The notes beneath the pieces are model-generated. The model did no database searches. It had not been told where the DNA came from and worked only from the letters and a program-made list of their open reading frames with translations. DNA of 64,000 bases from the NCBI GenBank assembly GCA_028534125.1, contig CM052817.1, positions 50,842,001-50,906,000 on the forward strand. The letters run 5' to 3'. A program made the translations under genes and the position numbers. Origin of the DNA: Lama glama (lineage: Eukaryota). Each line of letters begins with the position of its first letter. The stretch's first letter is position 1. This document shows positions 1-13,639 of this stretch, piece by piece.

Positions 1-471
1 ATTTGCCACCTATTTGCATAGTATTGTTAAATCAAATGATTGATTCAGTACATACACATATACATTAGATGGCCGTTTAAACTTTTAGTAATATTTAATA
101 TTCTAAAATAACTCCCTTCAAGGTTTTGCCTGAATTGGTAAAAATGATCAATACTGGCATGAAATATTTGCTTCACATTTATCAGGAGAGAGGAGATAAT
201 GAAAACTGTGGAAGAGAGTGAATCTTTTGAGGGAGCAAGTCAACACAGAAAAAGAGAAAGTTGAGGCTTTGAAAAGTAGAAGTAGAAAAAGGAAACTAGA
301 AAAAAATAAGAGAAAAATGAGGGGAACCATAGTAGCTGTGTTTTTAGTAAACCGAAGGGAGAGAAATATTGTCAATCTATTGTATTAACAAGAATATACT
401 GATACGGATTTTGATACGACTTTCAGTAGTTTTATATGCAAGTAAACAATGTGTCCCAGGAGCTTCCTAGG

Positions 472-872
472 TATTACCTGAAATTGGCCCCCATATGTGA
501 AAGGCAGAAAGGGACCAAAGAAATAGGCAGATCACTCCGAATTAGTAGATGTCAGGTTTAATATGCAAGAGAACTAACTTACAAGGCTTGTCTTGGTTAC
601 CCTCAAGAAGAGTAGATTTCTGCACCTGCCTACCGAACCTTGAAAGTTTATATAGAGTTCATAATTGGATTCAGTCATGTATACCATCCGAATAATCTCA
701 ACAACATATTTCTATCTCAAGGCTATATACCCTTGGGGCAGCTTTTGGAAACAGAGAAAGCAAACAGAACACACATTCCAAGGACAGGGGGAGGGGGTTT
801 GAAGCCTCCAACTGCCAGAGTCCAGGTCAAGGTTCGTTGACAGTCATGTCTTCTTAATGACCTGCCTCAGCA
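472..872 (-). mobile_element. Solo LTR, ERV1-like
   Basis: About 400 bp with TA(TG-derived)...CA ends. Imperfect 4-bp TSD tagg (468-471) / ttgg (873-876). PolyA-like and TATA-like signals read on the minus strand. Confidence 0.6.
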
Positions 873-1458
873 TTGGATTTTGTTAGAATCAAGGCCTTCC
901 TTCTTTTAAAGACAGAACTTTATTTGCCATTGTGTTAATGTAACACCTTCAGGAAAAAAAAAAATTAACCTTATTGTTCTAAGTATATTTTCAAGTGAAA
1001 AAAATCAACATAATTGTAATCAGTGAATTCTAAAATACTTAACAAGCCCTCCAAGTTGAAAATACTGATTGATCAAGATCATAACTGGTGTGTAGGGAAG
1101 TTTTCATACTCAGGTGAACCTACTGTAATTTTATCTATGGGCATATAACATCGTAGGTTAAATAATGCTTGCATTTTTAAAGTTGTTATTTTAAGTTTGC
1201 TAGTATTTCCAGTAGAGTTCAAGTGAATCTTTTGTGTATTTATAAACTGTTTTAACAAAAACTTAGTAGCTGTCAGCTACTACAAAGACAGCTCAAGGAA
1301 AAGCCTGTAGCATGAGCTGTGATAACATCAGTTATTCTGTGAAAGTAACATTAATATGGAGACCCTTCTTTCCTGTTGGAGAGTTTATTCTACAAATATA
1401 TGGTTGCTTTAGAGAAGATTGGGCTAATTTATACTTTTTTTTTTATAAATACAATGAT

Positions 1459-1647
1459 TTTTTTGTTATATATATATTTTTATTGAAGTATAGTCAGTTT
1501 ACAATGTTATGTCAATTTCTGGTGTGCAGCATAATGCTTCAATTATAAATGAACATACACATGTTCATTTTCACATTCCCTTTCACCATAAGTTACTACT
1601 GATATATTTTATATATATTAGTTAGTATCTGCAAATCTCAAACTCCC
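1459..1647 (-). mobile_element. Young L1 3' end, 5'-truncated
   Basis: T-rich tail then tattgaagtatagtcagtttacaatg, which matches the copies at about 27.0 kb (+) and 54.9 kb (-). TSD acaatgat at 1451-1458 and 1648-1655. Confidence 0.85.
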
Positions 1648-3004
1648 ACAATGATGACTTTCAAAAAGAAAATACTTTTGTTGTAACCCTCACTAGATAA
1701 AAGAAATCTGAATTACACAATTTTAGTGGTCTTGTAAATCAAATTTAATTAATTTCCATTACCTTGGTTATTAGGTTAAACTAATAAAATTATATTTCAT
1801 GTAAACTAGCATTTTCCAAAGCAAATTGTCTGGATAATGTGAAAGAACCTTATTATATTAGTTGTATCTCCAATCAGCTTCCAACAGGGAGTCTTTTTAG
1901 TTTGGATAATTTTCATTGTAGAAAGACATCAGTTAACTTTCTCTGATAAATCTGCCTAGAAGTAGTGAGCCACTTTAAATCTCAAACTTCTTAAAGAGTT
2001 TGAGGTATGGCCATTAATCATCATCAGCTAACAGATATATTAAAATTTATCACTCTTCTAAAGCTCTTCTGTCAATTTGGACCCAATCCAGGGTGGGCCC
2101 TTTTCATATAAAACAGAATAAAACAGACATGCACATAGACTTACTTCAATTTGGTCTGTCTCACCGCAATGACTTGAAAAATGTGTTCAATAAATTGTAT
2201 TCACAGATTTATGACCACCGGATCTTTCCATTTTTACCTAGAACTAAGACCAGAGATTTTGCTGAATTAGATTTTTGTGATGCTTTCAGTGCTGTATCTA
2301 AAGCAATATTTGAAGGATACAGTCAGAGAAAAAATTGAAAGAGGAAAGAATCTCAAGTATGCTTGATGTGCCCTTTCATACACTTTTGTCCCCAAAATGT
2401 CGTGGCTGCCATCTGTATTATAGATGGTTTCAGGAAATGTGACTAAAAAGTAGACTGAATAAAGAATTAAGTTTAGAAAAGACAAAAATAATTCATCTCA
2501 AGTGTTTTTGATGCTCCTTTGTTATGAGATTATTTTTGTTATTTTATGAGATTATTCTCATTATCTCTGATTGAACTCTAAATTCAGCTCTTACTTTTTT
2601 CTCAGTTTCTTTGGAAAAGAAAGAAGTATTGTCTATTTTCCATGCATAAGGAGCTTGATAGCTTGTATTTAAGTATTTGTTCCTGTTTACCAAATGTAAA
2701 CCATACCTAAAGCTTTTGTTGTATTTCTTTGTACTTTCTCAGACACAGTATTTAAGAGCTACAGTCTGATATCATTGAAACCTTTTAGCTCCAATATAAT
2801 AGGTAGCAATTTTGTTTAATACCTAGGGGAATTATTTTTATCCTTCCAGAGATTTTTTTAAAATGCATATACATACACACAGCATATATAGTCTTTCTCC
2901 CATGTTTAATTCAAATGGAAGCAAGTTCTATTCCTTGTCACATTTATATAAAATATACAAGTTGGAAAATTTTCCATGTAGCTACACAGAGTGCTCTCTC
3001 ATTC

Positions 3005-6000
3005 TTTGTTTTCTTGTGGTAGGAAACACATAAAATAAATTTTTTCATCTTAACCATTTTTATGTGTGCAGTAGTTCTCTAGAACTTTTTCATCCCTCAA
3101 AACTGAAACTTTATACCTGTTGAACAACAACTCCCCTCTTCCCAGCCCATGGCAACCATTATTCTACTTTCTGTTTCTAAGAGGTGGACTATTTTAGATA
3201 CCTCATGCAAATGAAATCATGCAGTATTTGTCTTTTTGTGACTGGTTTATTTCACTTAACGCTGTATAGTCAGTGCTCATCTATGTTGTATCATATGACA
3301 GGATCTCCTTCTTTTTTAAGGTTAAATAATATTCCACTGTATATATGTATATACCACATTTTCTTTATCCATTCCTCTGTCAGCTGACATTTAGCTGTTG
3401 TGAATATTGTGAATATTGCTGAAATAAACATGGAAGTGCAAATTTCTCTTCAAGTTCTTGATTTCTGTTCCTTTGAATATATCCCAGAAGTGGGATTGGT
3501 TGATCATACAGTAGTTTTAATTTTAATATTTTGAGAAACTTCCATATTGTTTTCCATAATGGCTGTACCATCTTACATGCCCACCAGCAGAAAACAAAGG
3601 TTCTAATTCTTCCACATTGTTGCCAACACTTGTATTTTCTATTTTTGTGATAGTGGCCATCTAACAGGTGTGAGGTGACAGCCCATTGTGGTTTCAATTT
3701 GCATTCCCCAGATATTTGGTCATGTTGAAGTTCTTTCGTGTGCTTCTGGGGCACTTATATATCTAACCTGGAGAAATGTCTGTTCAAGTCCTTTGCTCAT
3801 TTAATGAGACTATGTTGTTTCTGAGTTATAGAACTTTCTATTTTGGATATTAACTACTTATCAGATACACGGTTTGGAAATAATTTCTCCCATTCCATAG
3901 GTTGCCTTTTCACTAAGTTGATTGTTTTCTTTGCTTCACAGAAGTTGTTAAGATTGATGTAGCCCCGCTAGTGTATTACTGCTTTTGTTGCTTGCATTTT
4001 TGGTGTAATAGCCAAGAAATCTTTGCCAGATCCAATGTCATGAAGAATTTCCCCTATTTTTTTTTAGGAGTTTTATAGTTTTAAGTCTTATATTTAGTCT
4101 TTAATCTATTCGTTACTTTTTGTGTATGGTGTAACACAGGATCCAATTTCAGTGCATGTGGATATCCAGTTTTCTCAACACCATTTGTTCAAGAGAATAT
4201 TCTTTGCCCATTATTGGCAATCTTGTCAAATATCATTTGACCATATAAGTGATGACTTATTTCTATGCTTTCTATTTGATTTCATTGGTCTGTATGTCTA
4301 TCTGTATACCAGTGCATCAATGTTTAAATTACTGTAGATTTGTAATAGAGTTTGAAATCAGAAAATACAATGATTGAATCTTTGTTTTCTTTCCCAGGAT
4401 TGTTTTTGTTATTCTAGATTCTTTAAGATTCCACATCAATTCTAGAATTTTATTCTATTTCTGAAAAAAAATTTCATTGTGATATTGATAGGGATTCCAC
4501 TGAATCTGTAGATCACTTTGGGTAGTATGGATATTTTAATAGTATTTTTTCTAATCCATGAACACTAGGTGTGTATTTATTGGTGTCTTTGATTTCTTTC
4601 AGCAACATTTTGTATTATCAGTGTACAAGTTTTTGTCTTGACTTTTTGGTTAAATTAACATTTGTTAAGTAGAGCCTTATAGTCTCAGGTAGTGAATCTG
4701 GGTTCAGAAAAGACCGCAAGGGAAAGTGAAATGAAATAAATAAGTTTATTACTCACAGGTCCTAAAGGAGGTACACAGCATGCCTTGAGGAACCATGTGG
4801 GGAGGTCAAGGCGAGGTGCAGGCAGAGTAAGCAGCAGGATCTAGGGCACATTTATAGGGTTTGCAAGTAGAGTGCTTTGGGATTCCTGGGCTGAGCTTGG
4901 ATTGGTCAATTCAAAATAAAAGAGCAAATTTTAGTAAGTTCCACGGGCGTCTTATTTAATGTGTACACAGGGAAGGAGCTGGGAGACAGAACAGACTTTA
5001 TTATAAGGGACATTGATGGAATCATATCAGGAACTTATATTTATTTTTAACTCTATGAGGTGTTATTTAAGGCATGGACTAGAGTGAGGGAATAATGACA
5101 GTTCAATCCCACTGCAGGCTAGTTAGCCACACAAAATGAATGCAATATTACAGAATAGTTTAAACTGTCAGCATGGCTCTTCATTAAGTTTAGTCCTAAG
5201 TATTTTATTTTTTGGATGCTATTGTAGGTCAGATTGTGGTCTTTACTTCCTTTTCAGATTGCCCATTGTTAATGTATAGAATCACAACTTACTTTGTGTG
5301 TTGATTTTAGAGTCTGCTACTTTGCTGAATTTGTTTACTACTTCTAATAATTTTTTGTGGAATATTTAGGGTTTTCTATATATAAGAGCATATCAACTGT
5401 GATGAGAAATCTTACTTCTTCCTTTCCAATCTGCATGCTTTTTGTATCTTTTTCTTGCCCAAATCCTTTGGGTAGGACGTTCACTATGATGTTGAATAGA
5501 AATGTGAGAGAGGTCAGTATTGCCTTCTTAATTTTAGAAAGAAAGCTTTTCAACAATGTTAGCTATGAGCTTTTCATATATGGCTTATATTAAGTTGAAG
5601 TAATTTCCTTTTATTCTCATTTGAAGAGTGTTTTTATTATGACAGGGTGTAGAATTTTGTCAAAGGCTTTTTCTGAATCAAATGAAATAATCTTGTGGTT
5701 TTTGTTTCTTTTATTCTGTTACTGTAGTGTATCACACTGATTGATATTTTTATATGTTGAGTCACCCTTGCATTCCAGACATAAATTCCACTCAGTCATG
5801 GTGTGTAATCATTGTAATGTGTTGCTAAATTCAATTTGCTAATATTTTGTTGCAGATTTTAGGATCAATATCCGTGGGGAATGTTAGTCTATAGTTTTCT
5901 TGTAGTGTTCTTATCTGGCTTTGGGCCTTACAAATTAGTTTAAAATAATTTCCATTTATTCTTTTTTTTGGAAGTTCTTGAGCAAGGTTGGTATTCTTTA

Positions 6001-8006
6001 AATATTTGGTATAATTCACCAATGAAGCCATCTAGTCCTGGACATTATTGGGAGATTTCATTTACTAGTTCAATCTCTTTATTATTCTGTTCATATTTTA
6101 TATTTACTCATGATTCAGCATTGTTGTATGTTTCTAAGAGTTTATCCATTTCTTCTAGGTTATCCAATTTGTTGGCATATAATTGTTTAGGGTAATCTTA
6201 TAATCCTTTATATTCCTGTAGTTTCACTTGTAATGGTTCCCCTCTTATTCGTAATTTTATTTGAGACTTCTCTCTTTTTTTCTTGGTAGACTAGCTAAAA
6301 CTTTGTCTCTTTTTATCTTTTATAGAAGATAGTTGCATAGATCTTTTCTATTGTCTCTTTAATTTCTATTTCATTTCCACTCTGATCTTTGTTATTTCTC
6401 TCCTTCTACTAACTTTGGGCTTCATTTGTTCATTATCTAGTGCCTTGAGGTGTGAGATTAGGTTTTTTATTTCAGATCTTTCTTTCTTTGATATAGGTAG
6501 GCATTTTTCACTGTAAACTTTCCTGTTAGAGCTGGGTTGCTGTACCCTATAAGTTCTTGAGTGTTATGTTTCCATTTTTATTTATTTCAAACTATTTTTT
6601 AAATTTTAAGGCAATTTTAATATGTTTTAATATATGTTTTGATATAAGGGTAGGAGGAAAAAACGATTATTTTGAGATTATATAAAATATCTGTGTGAAA
6701 CTTTTTTTTTTGAAGTACGTTCAGTTACCTCTTTGGGTTATCTTAGTTGGAATCCTTTGAACTGGTATTTGGAGGTCTGTTTTCTTCTCATATTTGAGAT
6801 TTTTTTGACTATTATTTCTTCAGACAAACTCTTTTCTCTTTCTTTTCCTTCTAGGACTCTCGTAATGTGGCTATTTGCCTGCTTGATAGTATACCATTAG
6901 TCCCTTTGGCTTTCTTTATTTTTGTTTTCTTTTTGTTCCTCTGATTGGATAACTTCAAATGATGTATATTCAAGTTTGCTCATTCTTTCTTTTGATTGAG
7001 ATCAAGTTTCTGCTATTGAACCCCACTAGTGAAATTTTCAATTCATTTATTGCATTCTTCAGCTCTAGAATTTCTTGCTTTTTATTTTATTTTATATTAT
7101 TATTATCTCTTGTTATTCTCCCTTTGTTTATGCATTATTTTCCTGATTTGATTTAGTTGTCTGTGTTCCCTTGTAGTACACTGAGCGAATTAACCACTAT
7201 TGTTCCAAAGTCTTTGGCAGTTAATTCATAGATCTTCTTTTATTTAGGGACAGTTTCTACAGATTTATTTTGATTCTTTGCTTGAGCCACATTTTCCTAT
7301 CTCTTCACGTGCCTTGTTATGTTTTTCTGGGGTATATACATTTGAAACAGCACTCCTCCTGACTATCTTTGGATAGAGGAAGACCTTCACCAGTCAGTCC
7401 AGCTAAAGCCTCTCAGGGATTCTCAAACCTTTTCCAGGGATGTGTCTTTTGGGGGCCTGTACATGTAATCTCCTAAGTAGAGAGGTCTGCTTGTGTCTTT
7501 TTTAATAACTATCTCTTGCTCCTTCTGGTGTCTTTCCATAGTACTGCAGATTCTCTGGCACTGAACAAGCTGCTGAGCTCTCGTGTTCTTAGTGGCCCCC
7601 AGGAATTAAAAGAATGCCATTTCCTCATCAGCACTAAAAATCAGAAGGCACAAAATCAGTCTGTCAAAGGCAGTCCTCCCAAAGGTGGAACATCAGACAT
7701 ACATTTCACTCATCTTTGTTCCCTGTCAAAGAAGCTGTGATTGGGGCTTTTCCTTCCACTTGCACCAATCTATGCTGTCGTGTGGAAAGGTTTATCTATT
7801 GCAGTTGTTATGAATCACTTTTCTTACCTGTTGAAATGCATCTGTTCCTTGATTTGAGCTTGCCTGAAGTACTGTAACTTTTTAGCTGTTTTCTGGAGTT
7901 CTCCTAAAGTCTTTTTTTTTGGACTGTATCTTGTTAATTTTGCTATCTTTGTGGGAGAAGGAGGGCTAGGGCTTCCTGTTCAACCATGAATATTGCTGAT
8001 GTCACC
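3005..8006 (-). mobile_element. Old L1 (L1MA/L1MB-type) running from 3'UTR through ORF2 to ORF1 and 5'UTR, internally deleted and interrupted by an LTR
   Basis: ORF2 C-terminal remnant (3380-3754: WWACKMVQPLWKTIWKFLK) and RT-region remnant (5344-5556: QIGKEEVRFLITVDMLLYIENPK). ORF1-like sequence from about 6730. Ends in an L1M-type 5' terminus (gggcttcctgttcaaccat...gctgatgtcacc). Confidence 0.9.
4655..5183 (-). mobile_element. Solo LTR, ERVL-class (MER74/MER54-like), inserted in L1 ORF2
   Basis: L1 ORF2 stops at about 4654 and resumes at about 5184. The insert carries tttattactcacagg...cacagcatgcc. Possible 5-bp TSD ttaaa/ttaag. Confidence 0.6.
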
Positions 8007-9769
8007 AAAATTATTTTTATTAATAACAAATTAATTAACAGTGTTGCCCTTTGGTACTCTTTATTACATTTATACCAGTTTTGAGCTAATTGGAAAGCAG
8101 TGTTATATAAGATTAGATTTATTTTTCTTTTCGATTCATGGCATGCAACTCAATCTTCAATAAGGAAAAAAGAGGAATAAATATTTACCAGTGTTTTAAC
8201 AAAGCTCTACATGATGATATTCTACTGAACATTTTGTAAAATACACAAACAAAAACTTCGTATTGACCAGCATGCATGAATGCCACATAGGATGCTGTGC
8301 AATCTTAAATTTTTAAATTAATTTCTATATGATTGAAGCAGTAGTTTGAAGGCCATTTAACTGTTCAGATAAATAACACCTTTTTGTCAGGAATGCTGTC
8401 AATTATGTTGCAAATGAATATTTAGCTTTATTTAACTTGGACCTTATATCATTTGGAATATTTCTTTCTATATTAGAATGGAATTCTCCCTGAAATGCAC
8501 TTTTAAAAAATGATTGGATATTCAAGAAGTAAAATTCCAGGCTTTTTCTTCCAATGACAATTTTTTAATGAAAGATGAGTGTAGTTTTTCTGTAATATAT
8601 GCTTACTTTGATTTCTTGTCTTTTCCTTCTTGAGCCTATGCTCAAGTATCACTGTTGATGCTGTGATTGCAGAGATGTTCACTGAGAAAGCATATTCTTA
8701 TATCCAGGGCAGAATTTTTAATTGTCTGTTTTTGATGAATCCCATGTTACATGTCCAAATGTGGTCAGTCCTCTGCATATTAATCTGCTCTGCATGGAGT
8801 GGATCTGCTGTGGTGGTTATGATGGTTATTCTACTACAATATTGAGAAGCAGGGAAAGTTACATTTATTTTACTCTTTTTAAACAAATCTAAGTTATCCT
8901 GAGTCTCCATTTCACATGTGGATGGGAATTTAAATTTCAGTATTCATTGGGCCACTTAATTTCCTTTTCATCCAAGTTTGTAGAGTTCCCCAAAAAGGGA
9001 GGGACAAGAAGCTTCCACTGCTTCTGTGTCAAGGAGGCTACACAGTCTTTCCCCAAAGAGGTCTTCTCCTACTTATATTAAGCTTGCAATTAATCTTCTG
9101 AGTTTCTGTCACCTGCCCTGTATTCTTTAGTAGAAGAAAGAATCATTCCTCACTATTCCAGGAATCTGCAGACATCACCTCTCCCTCAGAAATTTCCCAA
9201 GTCAGATAGTATTAAACCCCCTAACTTTCAAGTTTCATATTATAAAACTTTTCTCTTGGACTTATTCTTCTCTTTTAAAAAAGAAAACCCATCATTTCTA
9301 CCCTGGGGGCAATTGAAACTCCAATTCTTTAGGACCCAAAGCCCTGCTTGACTCAAATTTCACTTTCCTATGGGTGGAAGGTGGAGAAAAGGAAGAAATA
9401 GCCCCATTCCTTCTAATTTTTCTGTTCTATGGGTATTAAAAATCATAGGTAATACTGAAATTAGCTAACTTGCCATATCAGCAAGTTAGTATTAGGGAGG
9501 TCAATGAGAGAGACCAATGGGACTCTTCCAAAGTTGTCCGTTTTTATTTTACACATAATCTGATTTAGATATCCTGTTTTTATCATATTTTCTCTTATCT
9601 GTAAGTGTTTTTCCATAACATTCACTAATATAATGTCTTATTATTCATCATTAACCTCAGGTAATGGAATATAATAAAATTAAACTGAAATACCTAGATA
9701 TACATTTTTGTTTGGCCATTCCAAGAAATTCTTTGTTATGATTTACTCCTTTTGCCTGATAAATTACTT

Positions 9770-10510
9770 TGGCTGCTGTGTTGAAATTAGACTGTAGTGG
9801 TATAAAATAGAAGTAAAAGAACTTTTATAAAGCTAAAGCCTTTACTTCCATGAGGAATAAATATAGTTCAGACAACTTGTGACTTTAGATTTGATGAGAA
9901 ATGGTTTGATCCTGCTTTGGAAATAGATCCCACAGGGTTTACTGATGAATTAGATGTAGCATGTGAGATAATGAAAGAAACCAAGCATGACTGCAAGAAT
10001 TTTAGACTTGGCAACCCGAAGACTACAACGGCTATTGATTGAAGTGTGGTAGACTCTTGGAAGGGCAAGTTTGGAGGCAATACTAATGGTCCAAATTTGG
10101 AATATGGAAATTATAATCATTATAGATGAAGTTGGGTATATAAAAGTAAGAATTTGGAAAGGAAGTCTGCTGGACAAATAAAACTGGGAGCATCCCCATA
10201 TTAATGGTATTTAAAGAGATGGGATTGGATCAGATTACTAAGAGAATGAGTGCAGAAGTTAAAAAGAAGCCCTAAAGAACTGAATCAGGGGTACTTACTT
10301 TAACATTAAACGGCCTAGGAGAAACAAGGAAGCTGCAGAGGATGCTTATTATCAGTGCTATATAAAAGGGAAAACATAAACCAAAGAAAGTCATGTCCTG
10401 GAAGCCAATTGAAAACAGTACATCTGTGAAGAGCAAGCAATCAGCAGTCTCAAATGATGCTGAAAGGTCAATTAAGTTGAGGACTGAGAACTAAATTAAA
10501 TGGACTATTA
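9770..10510 (-). mobile_element. L2 fragment
   Basis: Purine-rich degenerate L2 motifs: ggtttactgatgaattagatgt, gtcctggaagccaa, tcaaatgatgctgaaaggtcaattaagttgaggactgagaa. Confidence 0.75.
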
Positions 10511-12875
10511 ACATTATAGCAGATTGTGCAAAATACATTTAACATATAGTCCTTATTTTTTATTTTAATTTCATGCTTTTCTTTAAAACACACATTTAAG
10601 TAAATCTGTACCTGCAATTTTTAAAAAAAAATACACAAATAACAGTAACCTTTACATATTAGTCTGTTGGTTAGAACTAAATACAAATCAATAAACAAAT
10701 CCTAAATGAAGACTTTTTTTATACCACTTTTTACAACTAGTTTGTACAATTGATACATCCTTTATAAGGATACCCTTCTCTTCTCCTTTAATTGTGCATC
10801 TATGCCTGGTGCAGGAATAAAATGTAATGATACAGATATTTTTACAACCTTTTTTAACCTTCTGCCTGTAAGTGACAGTTTTTTTTTTCTTCCCTCCACT
10901 TCAAAATAATTGTCATGAGTAATGTATTCTATTTTGGGCTACCAGAGCCACATTCCTTTGATGATGACAGATACTTGTTTTGTGAAAATGGAATTGATTT
11001 GAGAGAACTGATAAAATTTGAGTCTCTTCTGATTAATACACTGTTTAATCCAACTTGGTAACGTTTTGAATTAAATAAGGTTAAGATTGGTGAGTTTAGC
11101 TGAAAACATTTGCTCTCCAAAAGTGGTAACTTTATAGTTAGAAAGAACAATACTCCCTAGTAAATGGCAGGTCTTCCTGTATGATTTGTTACTGGTTGAC
11201 TTCAATAAGCATGTATTAAAGGCCTACACTCTACTGGATGCTTTATTGAATGCTGATTCAGAACTCAAAAGAGTTTCTGCATATATTTGGATGAGTAAAA
11301 TAACAAAACACTTTTGAAGGTTACAGTTTTGAAACTATAAATGCTAGTATAATTAATTGATTGGGAATTGATATATTTGATTGGAAACTACTTACAATGA
11401 TCATGTTTTAGTGTTTTCACTGTCCCTAAATATAGGTCATACAATTTATACTAAGTCATTTCTGGTGTCTTACTAATATATCAACTCTTATGAGTAGTTT
11501 TATTTTTCCATTTAGAACTTAATTTGAATATAAATTAATCACATGGATTTTGTCACATGATTTCTTCATGTATTTTACACAAAATGACATTTTAAATCAG
11601 GGTCACAAAAGCCTGTGTTTGCATCTAGCACCTGTTATTTACTAACTCTGTAACCCCAAGTCACTCTATATCTCTAATTTCCTTTAAGTGTAATTTGTTA
11701 TGAAAAAGCCTGCAGAACGCTATGTGCAAATGTAAAGAGTCCATCCATTTGTAAGCCATGCAACATGTGCAAATATTGAAGAATTTGGTCTTTTTAGGAA
11801 TCATAATATTGAAGACTAATCTTCCTCTGCCCCTTATTTAGGTAACATTGAGGAAGCTACTTTATGGCTTAGTTTTCAACTGGCATCATTTCCTCACCTA
11901 GATCAGTGTTGAGAGTTGGAGAAAATAACTGAAGAATGCAGATCACAGAGTGTTGATTTATTCTATTAATGTTGCTACTTCTATTACATATTATAGTCAT
12001 CATTGTTATCTTCTAATATGCAAGCTACTAAATTTCAGCATAAAAGGATTTGTGTCTATTACAAAAGGCAGCTCAGAGCATCTGACTCATTTTCATTCCT
12101 ATATTAGAGCCTCCACTGTAATGTAATTCATAGGTACTACCAATTTAAATAAAAGGTGAATATTCCACTTAATCATTCAGATGTTTGTCCTGAACATGAA
12201 AGCTTTGGAATAATTGAGTGAATGTTTCACTCTGCAACCAGATGTTTGGCTTTGAGCTGACATAACCACTGTCATAATTACCTACAACCTCCCAAGATAT
12301 CCATAGAATTAGCTACTTCTAGATCTTTAATGCTTTCAACATATTATTAGCATTATCAATCACTTTTTCAATTACTTCTGCCATATCTTAATTTATTAAA
12401 CTCTTCAGTTAAGCCCATTAAGATGCACAGTAACCATGTGTATTTCAAGCAAGTGTTTTGGTGGTCCCAAGTGATATTTAAAGAGCACTTTTCATGTCAT
12501 AAACAACTCTTCTTAAGGGATAAGTTTCTCCCAGTTGGCACACTGTACTCTGAAAATTCCAGTAAAATTTGCACATGCAGGAATTAGTATGTCCTTTCCA
12601 AATAATATCACATTCACTACATTCTCCTCTTAAATTTATTTTTGAGTTAGCCATTATGTGTATGAGTATGAATATATTCATCAATCACAGGGTTTCTTCC
12701 TATTTAAAAAAAAATAATTGCATCATATTTGGTGGTTGTGCTCTGATGTTAATGGTCAGTACCTTATCTGAAGCCGGTTTCACTGTTCATTCCAGAGTAG
12801 TCTTAAAAAATATTAAAATTAGTTTCTGATATAAGACTTATTAGATGTCATAACTCAACTTTTGTATTTTATAAG

Positions 12876-13198
12876 GAGGGGATGGCAAACTATAGGATAA
12901 ATCCTGCCCACTCTTTTGTTTTTACATACTCCATGAGCTAAGAATGGCCTTTATATTTACAGTCCTTTGGGAAGAAAATCAAAAGTGGAATAACACATTG
13001 TGACATGTGAAAATTAAATGAAATTCAACCTTCCATGATGATAAAGTTCTGCTTGATCACCATCATGATCATTGATTTATGTATTATCTATGGCTGCATT
13101 CACTGCTGTAATGGTGGTGTTGGATGGTTACTTGTGATAAAAGCTCTATGGCCACAGAACCAAGAACGCTTCTTATCTGACTTCAAGGAAGTTTGCCA
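12876..13198. mobile_element. MER58-type hAT-Charlie non-autonomous DNA transposon
   Basis: Terminal inverted-repeat cores ggcaaact...agtttgcc. Internal gagctaagaatgg and tatgtattatctatggctgc. Confidence 0.8.
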
Positions 13199-13294
13199 CA
13201 GTGCTGATGGGTAAGTTACTCACAGTGCTAATGGGTAAGGACTTGAGGCTGTGATGTATCATCTTAGTCCCTTTACTAGGACTTATATTCACTT

Positions 13295-13410
13295 TAGGCA
13301 GGAAGGTGATTTTTCCAAAGTCCTTCACTAGAAAGTGGTAGAGCTAGAATGCAAATCCAGACAGATTACTTTCAGAGTCTGTGTTCTTAACCTATAAATT
13401 GCACTGGCTC
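13295..13410 (-). mobile_element. MIR fragment
   Basis: aagtggtagagctagaatgcaaatccagacag...cagagtctgtgttcttaacc resembles the MIR core in antisense. Confidence 0.6.
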
Positions 13411-13639
13411 TCCTGACCCAAAGCTGTATCCATACAATGTGAAAGTTTTCTAAATGGAAAAGGATACTTATCTATGATGCATCTGCTATTGACAAGGAAA
13501 ACTTCTAATCAAAGAATATGGTCTGCTTGCATCTAATTTCCAATATGGCAAAGGAGACTGTAAACTAAACTAATAACAAAAACAACAGTAATAACCAAAA
13601 AGGAAAAGGAGAGAGACCAAAAAATTTTCATCATCCCTC

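Noticed and set aside
3380..6031. ORFs resembling RT or ORF2 protein (also 26084-26377, 52115-52841 and 60911-61174)
   Set aside because: Frameshifted L1 ORF2 remnants, not host genes.
8600..8910. Overlapping ORFs and a possible 74-nt minus-strand exon; small cttgagc-ctat-gctcaag hairpin
   Set aside because: Weak splice sites, an in-frame stop upstream and an unrecognised peptide; a 7-bp stem is expected by chance.
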